Shown: positions 1-9,763 of the stretch, in pieces
Layout: every line of letters starts with the position of its first letter
How positions within the stretch are numbered: position 1 is the first letter of the stretch
Source of the DNA: Candidatus Cloacimonadota bacterium
GTDB lineage: Bacteria > Cloacimonadota > Cloacimonadia > Cloacimonadales > TCS61
Direction of reading: 5' to 3'
DNA: 64,000 nt
NCBI GenBank assembly: GCA_018400535.1
Contig: JAGYMQ010000143.1
Coordinates: 12,227-76,226 of the forward strand
The notes under the pieces: model-generated
Database searches by the model: none
Told to the model about the DNA's origin: nothing
Seen by the model: the letters and a program-made list of their open reading frames with translations, nothing else
Made by a program: the position numbers and the translations under genes

Positions 1-2
1 AT

Positions 3-596
3 GGTAGAATAAAAAATAATAAAGAATCAGCTTTGGTGCAATTGGTGAAACGTATCAAAGCTTCCGATCTACAAACGACAACTCTTGATCGTGAGTTGCG
101 AGAGATAGTGCGCGAACGGGATTCCATCGAAAAGGATAGGCTGGATCACATTATCGAAGATTGCAAAGTAATCGACCTTAAAAATTCAATGGATCGCGAT
201 GAATTCTTCAATCTAATCGGCAATGAACTTTGTGATTCCCTGGATTCCAGCTGTGATCTCATCAAACAGAAATTGGAAGATAGGGAAGAGGAAAGTTCGA
301 CAGTCTTGACTGATAATCTCGCCATTCCGCATATTATCGTGGATGGAAAAAATAAATTTGATATCCTCGTCGTGCGTTGTAAAGAAGGCATCCATTTTTC
401 TGAAAATACTCCAAAAGTTCAAATCGTTTTTGTGATCGCCGGTTCGAAAGATGAACGCAATTTCCATTTACAAGTTTTGGCTGCAATTGCACAGATCGTT
501 TCCAATCCAAACTTTGAAAAAAAATGGCTGAAAGCAAAAAATACAGAAGCTCTTCGAGATGTGATCCTTTTGGGTGAACGCCGGCGAATGTTCTAA
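3..596 (+). CDS. PTS EIIA type-2 (PtsN-like) domain protein. The frame is open to the left window edge, so the 5' end may be truncated. The first in-window start candidate is TTG at 33.
   Basis: The C-terminal ~145 aa look like a PTS_EIIA_2 domain, including the His-containing NLAIPHIIVDG motif. There is no in-frame stop between nt 3 and 33. Confidence 0.55.
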   Translation, partial: GRIKNNKESALVQLVKRIKASDLQTTTLDRELREIVRERDSIEKDRLDHIIEDCKVIDLKNSMDRDEFFNLIGNELCDSLDSSCDLIKQKLEDREEESSTVLTDNLAIPHIIVDGKNKFDILVVRCKEGIHFSENTPKVQIVFVIAGSKDERNFHLQVLAAIAQIVSNPNFEKKWLKAKNTEALRDVILLGERRRMF

Positions 597-602
597 TTTC
601 CT

Positions 603-1901
603 ATGAAAATTTTCATCGAAACTTATGGCTGCCAGATGAACGTTGCCGATAGCGAATTGGTAGCAGCGATCTTGGAACGAGAAAAACATCGGATCACAAA
701 TAATATTTCTGAAGCTGATGTAATCATCTTCAATACTTGTTCTGTGCGTGAACATGCAGAAAATCGCGTTTTGGGAAGGATCAGCAATGAAATGGCGCGC
801 AAACGTCACAATCCCGAACTAAAGATCGGAGTTATCGGCTGTATGGCACAAAGACTTGGAAATAGCCTTTTCCAAATGAACAAAAATATCGATTTCGTAG
901 TTGGTGTCGATCAATATAAAAAATTACCAGAGATCATCTCGCAGGCTGAGAAAAATAATTCTCGCAGCAATACAGATTTCAATCCAAACGAGATATACAG
1001 CAGCATCCAATCCCATCATTATGGTAAATTTAACGCATTTGTAACGATCATGCGAGGCTGCAATAATTTTTGTTCCTATTGCATCGTTCCCTACACTCGT
1101 GGTAGAGAGAGAAGTCGTCCTGTTCAGGATATTTTGAACGAGATCGAATTTTTAGGTAAAAAGGGCTTCAAAGATATCACGCTTTTGGGTCAGAATGTTA
1201 ATTCCTACAATTTCCAAAAAACAAATTTTGCAGAATTACTTTATCTTGCGAATAAGATTGATACTATCAAAAGATTACGTTTTGTAACTTCCCATCCCAA
1301 AGACCTTTCAGATGAAGTTATTGATGCTATGGCAAATTCTTCAAAAGTTTGTGAGCATTTGCACCTGGCACTGCAAAGCGGAAATGATGAAATTCTGAAG
1401 AAAATGAATCGCGGTTATAGCGCTGAACAATTTTTTCAAATTATAGAACATTTACGTGCAAAAATGCCGGAGATTGCCATCACCACAGATGTTATCGCTG
1501 GTTTTCCCGGTGAAACTGAAAGACAATTTGAAGATACCATCGAATTGCTGAAAAAAATCCGTTTTGATTATGCTTTCACTTTTAAATATTCACCAAGAGC
1601 AGGAACTAAAGCGGCAGAATTTCCCGATCACATTCCAGAAAATATCAGGTTGGAACGTTTGCAGCGTTTGATCAAATTGCAGGAAAATATCACTTTGGAA
1701 AAATATCAGCAGCAGATAGGAAAAACAAAAGAGATATATGTGGAAAAGATCAGCAAAAAATCAAAATTGGAAGTATCTGGAAAAAGCCGAGATTTCAAGA
1801 TCACAGTTTTTCCCGGATCAAAAAATCTTATTGAAAAATTTGTGAATGTGAAAATCACATCTGCGACAGGTTGGACTTTGAGGGGAGAAAGATTTGATTA
1901 A
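603..1901 (+). CDS. miaB: tRNA-2-methylthio-N6-dimethylallyladenosine synthase (radical SAM methylthiotransferase)
   Basis: N-terminal ETYGCQMN motif, radical-SAM CNNFCSYCIVP cluster motif, C-terminal TRAM-like region, typical length of 432 aa. Confidence 0.95.
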   Translation: MKIFIETYGCQMNVADSELVAAILEREKHRITNNISEADVIIFNTCSVREHAENRVLGRISNEMARKRHNPELKIGVIGCMAQRLGNSLFQMNKNIDFVVGVDQYKKLPEIISQAEKNNSRSNTDFNPNEIYSSIQSHHYGKFNAFVTIMRGCNNFCSYCIVPYTRGRERSRPVQDILNEIEFLGKKGFKDITLLGQNVNSYNFQKTNFAELLYLANKIDTIKRLRFVTSHPKDLSDEVIDAMANSSKVCEHLHLALQSGNDEILKKMNRGYSAEQFFQIIEHLRAKMPEIAITTDVIAGFPGETERQFEDTIELLKKIRFDYAFTFKYSPRAGTKAAEFPDHIPENIRLERLQRLIKLQENITLEKYQQQIGKTKEIYVEKISKKSKLEVSGKSRDFKITVFPGSKNLIEKFVNVKITSATGWTLRGERFD

Positions 1902-2191
1902 TTTTATCAGCAACTTCTTTTTTTCACAACGATCTTGAAGACGAAATATCATCAATCCCAACAAAAATATTTTTTTGAGTGATATTAGACTATTTATTTC
2001 TTTTTGTCCGTTATAATTGATTTTTGATTCCCATTACGATCAGTTCATGAAAATTTTCAAATTTTGAATTTTTTTGAAGGTATTCTCAATAATTTCACTA
2101 GTGTAATTCGATTAGGAAGAATGTTCAGTTTTTTAAAGAAGAATTTAGTTTTGAGGAAGAGTACTATCAATAGCATTTCCTCACATAAACG

Positions 2192-2219
2192 ACCCATCAT
2201 AAGATATATTATGTAAACT
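2192..2219. other. dif-like XerC/D recombination site candidate: ACCCATCATAA-GATATA-TTATGTAAACT
   Basis: It has the 11-6-11 architecture. The right arm is identical to my recollection of the B. subtilis dif XerD arm (TTATGTAAACT). The left arm ends in CATAA, as in E. coli dif. It lies in a 675-bp non-coding gap. Confidence 0.5.
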
Positions 2220-2577
2220 TAAATAGCTCAGCTTAATTAACTGCGACAAAAAGATTTCTAAATTATTCAATCTTTATCTATATTCAAATTTTTGCTATTG
2301 GTAATTGTTATGAAATTCAGTGCAGTTACCATAAAAATAAACAAAAAAATTCTAACTTCGAAAATTCGATTCTGAGAAACGAAAAAATTTTTGGAGAGTT
2401 AGAAATGCAATTTAAAAAAAAGTGTCTTCAAATATGATTTTTAGAAGTTTTGTGTTGTATTGAAAAATCCAAAATATTTTTTAGGCAAACCAAAGCTCAA
2501 CTATGAGAATTCGAGTTTTGCTGGTTGACATAAAAAATGCACTGAAGAAATTCACTCTTAAAGGAGAAAATTTAAAA

Positions 2578-3438
2578 ATGAAAAGTATGACTGGCTATGG
2601 TAAAGCCGAATTTAGAGACGAGAAATATGAGATATTTTGTGATATCAGATCAGTGAATCATAAATATTTCAATATTTCAATTAATCTTCCAGAAAATTAT
2701 ATAGCTTTGGAAGATATGATATCAAAGCTTGTGAATGAAAAGATTAAGCGGGGAAAGATCTCAATTCGATATAACATTTTGAGTAAGAAAAAAATTGATC
2801 TGAAATTGAATCGAGAATATTTAATTTCATACAAGAAATTATTGCAAGAAACGCAAGAAATTTTAGACTTGGAAGTTTCTTTGAGTCTTGATATGATTCT
2901 GGAAAATGCCATTATTGAGAATGAAATTGAAGATCCAGAATTGAACGAAATTATCTTTTTGATCACACAGAAAGCTTTAGATAGACATCAGAATATGGCA
3001 AAAAAAGAAGGTCAAGCGATGCACGATTACATCAAAAATTCTTATCGGAAAATGAAAACAGCAATGGCAAATATCAAAGAAAAATTTCCTCTCTACAAAA
3101 GTAAGATCAGAAATGATATGGAAGTTAAGATCGAAGAATTGATGCGCTCAAAATTGCAGGAAGAAGATTATCGTCGGATCATGCTGGAAATTGCGATATA
3201 CATTGATAAAGCTGATGTAACAGAAGAAATCGTGCGTTTTTTATCCCATCTGGATAAGTTTCAAAACGCTTTGAAAATACCACAAGCCGGGAAAAAATTA
3301 AATTTCATTTTGCAGGAAATGCAACGCGAGAGTAAAACGATCAGCGATAAATTCAAAGATGAAACTGTTTTTAACCATATCCTGATGATCAAAGAAGAAT
3401 TGGAAAAATGCCGGGAGATCGTCCAAAATGTCGAATGA
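2578..3438 (+). CDS. yicC: YicC family protein (stress-induced; family linked to endoribonuclease activity)
   Basis: Family N-terminus MKSMTGYGKA, with AAGGAG 11 nt upstream of the ATG at 2578. C-terminal EMQRE..T..K and EELEK.REIVQNVE region. The ORF-track start at 2503 is probably too far upstream. Confidence 0.9.
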   Translation: MKSMTGYGKAEFRDEKYEIFCDIRSVNHKYFNISINLPENYIALEDMISKLVNEKIKRGKISIRYNILSKKKIDLKLNREYLISYKKLLQETQEILDLEVSLSLDMILENAIIENEIEDPELNEIIFLITQKALDRHQNMAKKEGQAMHDYIKNSYRKMKTAMANIKEKFPLYKSKIRNDMEVKIEELMRSKLQEEDYRRIMLEIAIYIDKADVTEEIVRFLSHLDKFQNALKIPQAGKKLNFILQEMQRESKTISDKFKDETVFNHILMIKEELEKCREIVQNVE

Positions 3439-3868
3439 AGAACCAAGATTAAGCTGGACTTCCCATCCTTTTGTTGATTATCCGATCACTTCAATTGTGC
3501 TTGCGATCGTGCTCATAATTATCGCTGTGCTACTCTGGCAAATCGCCGTTGTGCAATGGAATACACCATTATTCTATATTTTGCCGATGATCATTCTTTT
3601 GGCCGCACTTCTCCCCTATTTCATTCCAACAAATTATCAATTTTTTGAGAATAAGATCACAATTTTTTATTTGTTCGTAAAAGTTGAAAGACGCTATAGT
3701 GAATTTGGCTGTTTTTACGCTGATAAAAAAGGCGTTATGCTCAGCACTTTCCAACAGCCAAGAAGATTAGATTCTTTTCGCGGGCAGTCGATCCGCTTTT
3801 CCAAAACAAAAAAAGAAAAAGAAGCATTATTTGATCTTCTGGAAGAAAAGATCGGTAAGAAGGCATAA
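3428..3868 (+). CDS. Small membrane protein, unknown function (two predicted TM helices followed by a soluble basic tail)
   Basis: Hydrophobic segments ITSIVLAIVLIIIAVLLWQIAVV and LFYILPMIILLAALLPYFI. It overlaps the yicC stop by 11 nt and ends 5 nt before the rnr start. Confidence 0.5.
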   Translation: MSNEEPRLSWTSHPFVDYPITSIVLAIVLIIIAVLLWQIAVVQWNTPLFYILPMIILLAALLPYFIPTNYQFFENKITIFYLFVKVERRYSEFGCFYADKKGVMLSTFQQPRRLDSFRGQSIRFSKTKKEKEALFDLLEEKIGKKA

Positions 3869-3872
3869 AACG

Positions 3873-5957
3873 ATGTATGACAATAAATTAGCCTTTCGGA
3901 TAAAAAATTTTTTGCAACATAAGAACAGAGCTTATAGGATCAAAGAACTAGAAAAAGTTTTGCATGTTGGAAAACACAAACGCAAAGATCTTGTGCATAC
4001 TTTACAGAAATTGGCGCAAAAGAATGAAATATCTTATAAAAATAGAAAATACAGCGATGCGGATATTCCCGCAGAAAAAATTGTTGTCGGAAAATTCGAC
4101 GCTACAGCGATTTCTAAAAATAAAAGTTATGCCTTTGTGAATTCTGACAAATTCGATATTTTTATCTCCTCAGAAAATATATTGAACGCTTATCATGGCG
4201 ATACGGTGAAAGTTCAGATCAAATATAATCGGAAGGGAAAGCGTTATGGACAGATCGTCAATATTCTGGAAAGGAACACAGAAATATTTGTGGGGAATAT
4301 CGAAAAATATCACGGTAAATATTATCTTCTGCCAGATAATCCGCGCATTCATACAGATATTGTGATCGGAGATTTGAAGGGTGCTGATCCCAAACAAAAA
4401 GTGATGGTCAAGATCAAATACTGGGGTGATCCGGAACGCTATAAATTACCGATTGGAGATGTTGTCGAAATTTTGGGACCGGCTGGTGATCCTCAGATCG
4501 AGATTTTGAGTGTGATCAAACAATATGATCTTCCGCTCGAATTTCCAGAAAAAGTAATATCCGAAACGATGCTTCTAAAAAACAACATAAATGCTGAGAT
4601 TTCGCATCGAAAAGATAAACGCAATTTACTCACTATCACTATTGATCCCGCTTCAGCAAAAGATTATGACGATGCAATTTCGCTTCAGGAAAAAGATAGA
4701 AAATTTATTCTCTACATTCATATCGCAGATGTAGCTCATTATGTGAAGCAAAATTCAGCGATCTTTCAAGAAGCTGTAAAACGTGGAAATAGCTATTATT
4801 TTCCCAAAAAAGTCTTACCGATGCTTCCCGAAAAACTTTCTAATAAGATTTGCAGTTTACGCCCTTTCGAAGATAAATTGACGATCACGCAGGAAACTGT
4901 GTTTGATAAAAATTTCCAGATATTGTCACAAAATAGCTATGAAAGCGTAATCAGATCATCTGCTCGTTTCAATTATGAAGAGATCGACGAGCTTTTTGCT
5001 GGAAACAAAACCGAAATTGATGAAAAGATCAAAAAGATGTTATTTCAAATGAAAGAAATTTCGGAAGCTCTATCGCAAAAACGTCAGAAAGAAGGTTATA
5101 TATATTTTGAACTTCCCGAAACAGAATTTCTTTTTGATGATGAGGGACGAATATCCGATCTGAAAAGAAGCGAAGGAACAGCTTCTCATAAATTGATAGA
5201 AAATTTTATGCTGCTAGCAAATGAATTCGTGGCGAAGAAATTATCCTCGCAGCCAACGATCTATCGCATCCATGAAGATCCCGAAGAAGATCGGCTTTTG
5301 GCTTTGAAAGAAAAACTAAAGTTCTATCAATTGGACCTTGATCTCAATTTAAATATCAATTCTGCTGTGCAAAAATTATTAGATTCTCTGCCTGATGCTG
5401 CTTATCATCGCGTTTTCGACCGCATGGTGCTACGCAGTTTGATGAAAGCAAAATATTCTATTGAAAATGTTGGGCATTTCGGTCTCGGGCTGGAATATTA
5501 CACACATTTCACTTCGCCGATCCGGCGCTTGAGTGATTTGATAATTCATCATCAACTGAAAAGAAAACTCCGCAAACAACCGGATAAATTCAGCAAAAGT
5601 CAGTTATTTGATCTGGCAAAACGAGCAACAATTTGCGAAAACACTGCTGATAATTCGGAAAAGGATGTGGAGATCAAGAATAAGATACTTTTTATGAAAG
5701 ATAAACTGGGAGAAGAATTTTCAGGTATCATCACTTCGATCCGTCCAAGCTCGCTCATCATCGAACTCGATCGTTATCCAGTTACCGGGATCGTTAGTCT
5801 TTCAGAACTAAAAGATGATCATTATTCTCTTGTTAATGGAAGATTGATCGGTAAGCGAAAAGGCAAGATATACAGTTTGATGGACAAAGTGAAAGTGCTG
5901 ATCAGCAAAGTATCTGACGACATTTATTTCCAAATCTTGAAAGGAAAAGCAAAATGA
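3873..5957 (+). CDS. rnr: Ribonuclease R (RNB-family 3'-5' exoribonuclease with C-terminal S1 domain)
   Basis: RNB catalytic region (ITIDPASAKDYDDAIS, HFGLGLEYYTHFTSPIRRLSDL) and a C-terminal S1-like fold (EEFSGIITSIRPSSLIIEL). The ATG at 3873 avoids overlap with the upstream ORF. Confidence 0.92.
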   Translation: MYDNKLAFRIKNFLQHKNRAYRIKELEKVLHVGKHKRKDLVHTLQKLAQKNEISYKNRKYSDADIPAEKIVVGKFDATAISKNKSYAFVNSDKFDIFISSENILNAYHGDTVKVQIKYNRKGKRYGQIVNILERNTEIFVGNIEKYHGKYYLLPDNPRIHTDIVIGDLKGADPKQKVMVKIKYWGDPERYKLPIGDVVEILGPAGDPQIEILSVIKQYDLPLEFPEKVISETMLLKNNINAEISHRKDKRNLLTITIDPASAKDYDDAISLQEKDRKFILYIHIADVAHYVKQNSAIFQEAVKRGNSYYFPKKVLPMLPEKLSNKICSLRPFEDKLTITQETVFDKNFQILSQNSYESVIRSSARFNYEEIDELFAGNKTEIDEKIKKMLFQMKEISEALSQKRQKEGYIYFELPETEFLFDDEGRISDLKRSEGTASHKLIENFMLLANEFVAKKLSSQPTIYRIHEDPEEDRLLALKEKLKFYQLDLDLNLNINSAVQKLLDSLPDAAYHRVFDRMVLRSLMKAKYSIENVGHFGLGLEYYTHFTSPIRRLSDLIIHHQLKRKLRKQPDKFSKSQLFDLAKRATICENTADNSEKDVEIKNKILFMKDKLGEEFSGIITSIRPSSLIIELDRYPVTGIVSLSELKDDHYSLVNGRLIGKRKGKIYSLMDKVKVLISKVSDDIYFQILKGKAK

Positions 5958-7162
5958 TCTTCTATGTTTTATTTTCCAATATTCTCTATTTTTTCAGCAG
6001 ACCTTTTCTAAAAATGAAATTTAAAGGTAGAGAAAAAAGAGAACGTTTGGGTAGATTAAAACACAAATTCTCATCTTCGGTATGGATTCATTGTGCTTCT
6101 GTAGGTGAAGTTAATGCTGCTAAAACTTTAGTTTTGAAATTATTACAAACTCACACTAAAACAAATTTCGTATTATCGACAATGACGCAAACTGGTCAGG
6201 AGATCGCAAAAAAAATCAGTCCAAAATTAACCACTTTCTTCTTCCCTATCGATTTTCAAGTTGTGATGAAACGTGTTTTCAACAAACTGAATCCGAAACT
6301 CATCATTCTGGTAGAAACTGAATTCTGGCCAAATATGCTTAATCTTGCTCGTAAAAAAAATATTCCTGTTCTCGTGATAAATGGTCGGTTTTCCGATAAA
6401 AGTTTTCCTGCCTATCGAAGATTACGTTTTTTCTGGAAGCGACCTTGGCGAGCGATCAAAGCTGTCAATGCTCAATCAGAAAAGGATTTGAAAAGATTCG
6501 TTGGTTTGAAATTCCCCAAAGTAAAAAATGCTCATAATCTAAAATTTTGTTTGGAATTGCCATTCTACAATAAAACAAAGTTGCGCCAGGAATTGCATTA
6601 TCGAGCTGATGATGTAATTCTGGTTTGGGGTAGTTCAAGACCCGGTGAAGAAAAATTTTTGCTGGAAAATATAGAAGTTCTGCAAAAAAATATTTCCAAT
6701 TTAGTTTTGATCATCGCACCACGACACTTGCACCGGATTCCTCAGATCAAAGAACTTTTCGCAGAACGGAAAATTCAGCTTTATAGCAAATCAAAACAAA
6801 AAGCAGATATTCTCATTATCGATGAAATGGGCATTTTACCGATGTTCTATGCGATGGCAGATATTGCCATTGTTGGTGGAAGCTTTTTTAATTTTGGAGG
6901 ACATAATCCGCTGGAACCTGCATTTTATGGTGTTCCTACGATAATAGGAAATTATCATAGTTCGTGTCAGGATTCTGTTGATCGACTTCTGGAACGAAAG
7001 GGGATCGTGGTTTCCGATAAAAAGAAATTGGTAGAAGATATTTTACATATCACACAAAATCCTGATTTAGCACAGGATTTGGGCAAAAATGCCATTGAAA
7101 CTTTGCAGCAAAATGCTCATAGTCTGCAAGAAAATATTGCTTTGATCGAAAAATACCTATAA
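5954..7162 (+). CDS. waaA: 3-deoxy-D-manno-octulosonic acid (Kdo) transferase
   Basis: WIHCASVGEVNAA and GGSF..GGHNPLEPA motifs typical of KdtA/WaaA. 4-nt overlap with rnr. Confidence 0.88.
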   Translation: MIFYVLFSNILYFFSRPFLKMKFKGREKRERLGRLKHKFSSSVWIHCASVGEVNAAKTLVLKLLQTHTKTNFVLSTMTQTGQEIAKKISPKLTTFFFPIDFQVVMKRVFNKLNPKLIILVETEFWPNMLNLARKKNIPVLVINGRFSDKSFPAYRRLRFFWKRPWRAIKAVNAQSEKDLKRFVGLKFPKVKNAHNLKFCLELPFYNKTKLRQELHYRADDVILVWGSSRPGEEKFLLENIEVLQKNISNLVLIIAPRHLHRIPQIKELFAERKIQLYSKSKQKADILIIDEMGILPMFYAMADIAIVGGSFFNFGGHNPLEPAFYGVPTIIGNYHSSCQDSVDRLLERKGIVVSDKKKLVEDILHITQNPDLAQDLGKNAIETLQQNAHSLQENIALIEKYL

Positions 7163-7316
7163 CCTTGCGAAGCCTTCTCGCATCTTTTCTTTCAAATCAG
7201 GATTCGTAAGGTTTCCCTAAAGCGAGTGTAATTAAAGAATCGGTAGTTTGTAAACTTTCTGAATCTTGTTTGGAAGAATTTTTGGGGGAAGCTTCGGAAA
7301 GTAAAGAGGAGAATAA

Positions 7317-8087
7317 ATGCTTAATTTTATCAAAGAAATAGCTGTCGATGCTGGTAAGATAATAAGTGATGCCTATCAGAAAAATGATTTCTCAATTTCG
7401 CACAAAGGCAAAATTGATCTCATCACAGAAGTCGATATCGCCAGCGAGAAATTGATCACAGAACGCATAAGAAAGAAATTTCCCGAAGATGATATCCTGG
7501 CAGAAGAAGGTGATTATGAAAAAATGCAAAGCCTCAGAAAATGGATAATCGATCCCCTTGACGGCACGACGAATTTTTCCCATCATTTTCCCTTTTGTGC
7601 TGTTTCGATCGCGTTGGAAATAGACAACCAAATTGAATTTGGTGTCGTCTATAATCCGATTATGAAGGAATTTTTTTCTGCTCAAAAAGGCAAAGGAGTA
7701 TTTCTGAACGGCAAACCTCTGCATGTTTCCAAAATCGATCGACTCTCGCAAGCGCTAATTGCCACCGGATTCCCTTATGATCGCTGGGAAAAAGGTGACG
7801 AATATATCAAAGAATACCTGGCTTTCATGAAAAGATGTCAGGGTGTGCGCCGGGTGGGAGCTGCTGCCATTGATCTTTGCTACGTCGCATCTGGTAGATT
7901 GGATGGCTTTTTCGAACGCAAACTCAAACCTTGGGATATGGCTGCTGGCAGCTTGGTCATTGCTGAATCAGGTGGAAATATTTCACGCTTTGACGGAAAA
8001 AAATGGCATTATACTGATCAGACAATTATCGCTTCCAATTCCAGTATCCATCAGCAAATGATCGAGGTTCTAAACGCGTTGAAATGA
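7317..8087 (+). CDS. Inositol monophosphatase family protein (SuhB-like)
   Basis: IMPase motifs WIIDPLDGTTNF and WDMAAGSLVIAESGG. Confidence 0.88.
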   Translation: MLNFIKEIAVDAGKIISDAYQKNDFSISHKGKIDLITEVDIASEKLITERIRKKFPEDDILAEEGDYEKMQSLRKWIIDPLDGTTNFSHHFPFCAVSIALEIDNQIEFGVVYNPIMKEFFSAQKGKGVFLNGKPLHVSKIDRLSQALIATGFPYDRWEKGDEYIKEYLAFMKRCQGVRRVGAAAIDLCYVASGRLDGFFERKLKPWDMAAGSLVIAESGGNISRFDGKKWHYTDQTIIASNSSIHQQMIEVLNALK

Positions 8088-9763
8088 AAAAAATTATCTT
8101 ATTAATAATTTGTTTGGAAATATTTGTCTTCTCATCTGCTAAGGAATATCTGATCAGGATCTCGGCTGATGATGAGATAATGATGAAGAAAATCATAGAA
8201 AACGAAATCGAGATATTCCATCATTTTGCCAGCAATATCGATATCATCTTGAAAGAAGCAAAGTTTTCTCTTTTGGATGGTCATTCTTACCAAATTTTGG
8301 GAGATACAGAATCTTTTCAGCGCGAACTCGCCGGCTATCATGATTATGAGGAAACGCTTTTAGAATTGCAACAGTTTGCCAGCTGCAATCCAGATATTAT
8401 CCATTTATTTTCTTTGGGAAAATCAACGTGTTATAACTATTTCGAACAAGGAATGAGCAATTATCAAGATTTCCAATACGAAGTCTGGTGTTTGAAATTA
8501 TCCGATAATCCAACAATTGAAGAAGAAGAACCGAATATTTATTATGCCGCAGAGATCCATGCACGCGAGCCAATTTCTTTGGAAGTCGATCTGCATATCT
8601 TGAACTATCTCGTTTCAAATTATGGTGTTGTAGATTCTGTCACAAATTGGATCGATAACACACAGATCTGGTTCATCCCGCTGATAAATCCCGACGGGCA
8701 CAAACTTGTTACTGAAGGCTGGCATCTTTATCATCGCAAAAATATGCGTGATAATAATAACAATTTGTTACCAGATTACAGTTCTGCTGACGGCGTTGAT
8801 CTCAATCGAAATTTTGGCTATGTTTGGGGAAGTAATGGAACTTCTTCCAGTTTTAATTCAAATATTTATAACGGACCTAACGCCTGGTCAGAGCTTGAGA
8901 CAATTTATCTCCGACAGCTTCTGACCGAGCGAAAATTTTCAGCCGGCATCACCTATCATTCTTATGGAGAATGGATTCTCTATCCTTTGGGTCATTTACC
9001 AAATGTTTGTTCAGCAGATCATCTCATTATGGATGATCTAGCAGTCGAAATGGCTGCGACAATTCCAAAAATGAATGGAAGTGGAACTTATACACCAGCG
9101 CAAGCAGTTAATTTTGGTTATACCTGTCAGGGAACTATGGGTGATTGGGGCTATGCTGCTGAAAGGATCTTTTCTTTTACAATCGAATTAGCAAATACTT
9201 TCATACCTTCGGCAACTTATGTTGATCAGATTTGTGCTGATAATTTATCGGCTGCTTTGATAATGTTGGATCGTTTACATCATTCTTGTGTAACAGGAAA
9301 TATCCAGAATTGTGAAGGTGAATATCTGGTTGCAGAAATCATCGTGCCGCAGATTGATGAGCAAGCTGGGATTACAGCGATCGAGAATGTGAGTAGTGAC
9401 AGTTTATTTGGACGTTATCGTCGTTTACTTTTGCCTGGAAATTACACATTTCGTTTTGAAAAAGAAGGTTTTTTAGATCAAATTTATGAAAATGTTCTGG
9501 TTTATGAAAACTCGATCACTGAGCTATCTGTAACATTGATAAAGGAATTTATTCCTGCCGATTCACTAACTATCGAAATTACGGGAAATATAGTTCAGTT
9601 GACTTGGGCTGAAGAAGCTTTTGAGCATGAAGTTTATTCAGCAAATTCTCCCGATGATGAATTTCTGTTGGAAACAAACGGGAACTTTTTATCTTCATCG
9701 AATTGGCAGAAAGCTCTGAGTGAAGATAGAAGGTTTTTCAAAGTAAAAAGGATCAGCAGATAA
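8084..9763 (+). CDS. Secreted M14-family zinc carboxypeptidase with C-terminal carboxypeptidase-regulatory-like beta domains
   Basis: Signal peptide MKKIILLIICLEIFVFSSA. M14 motifs HAREPIS (HxxE), NPDGH, DLNRNF, ITYHSYGE. The C-terminal region LLLPGNYTFRFEKEGF resembles the CarboxypepD_reg fold. Confidence 0.85.
   Translation: MKKIILLIICLEIFVFSSAKEYLIRISADDEIMMKKIIENEIEIFHHFASNIDIILKEAKFSLLDGHSYQILGDTESFQRELAGYHDYEETLLELQQFASCNPDIIHLFSLGKSTCYNYFEQGMSNYQDFQYEVWCLKLSDNPTIEEEEPNIYYAAEIHAREPISLEVDLHILNYLVSNYGVVDSVTNWIDNTQIWFIPLINPDGHKLVTEGWHLYHRKNMRDNNNNLLPDYSSADGVDLNRNFGYVWGSNGTSSSFNSNIYNGPNAWSELETIYLRQLLTERKFSAGITYHSYGEWILYPLGHLPNVCSADHLIMDDLAVEMAATIPKMNGSGTYTPAQAVNFGYTCQGTMGDWGYAAERIFSFTIELANTFIPSATYVDQICADNLSAALIMLDRLHHSCVTGNIQNCEGEYLVAEIIVPQIDEQAGITAIENVSSDSLFGRYRRLLLPGNYTFRFEKEGFLDQIYENVLVYENSITELSVTLIKEFIPADSLTIEITGNIVQLTWAEEAFEHEVYSANSPDDEFLLETNGNFLSSSNWQKALSEDRRFFKVKRISR

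Noticed and set aside
2047-2059. 13-nt identity (atgaaaattttca) between the spacer and the miaB start codon region (603-615). Considered as a remnant of a duplicated miaB 5' end.
   Set aside because: The identity stops after 13 nt and the spacer copy is followed by a stop after 6 codons. A match of this length is plausible by chance in AT-rich DNA.
2503-2577. N-terminal ORF extensions in the six-frame track. Affected genes: yicC (from 2503), rnr (3831), iorA (26059), iorB (27659), hslU (21255), hpt (24369), arsR (14005), the lipoprotein (53125) and the TPR gene (11696).
   Set aside because: In each case an internal ATG is preceded by a good SD at proper spacing. That start matches the conserved family N-terminus or signal peptide and removes implausible overlaps with upstream genes or terminators.
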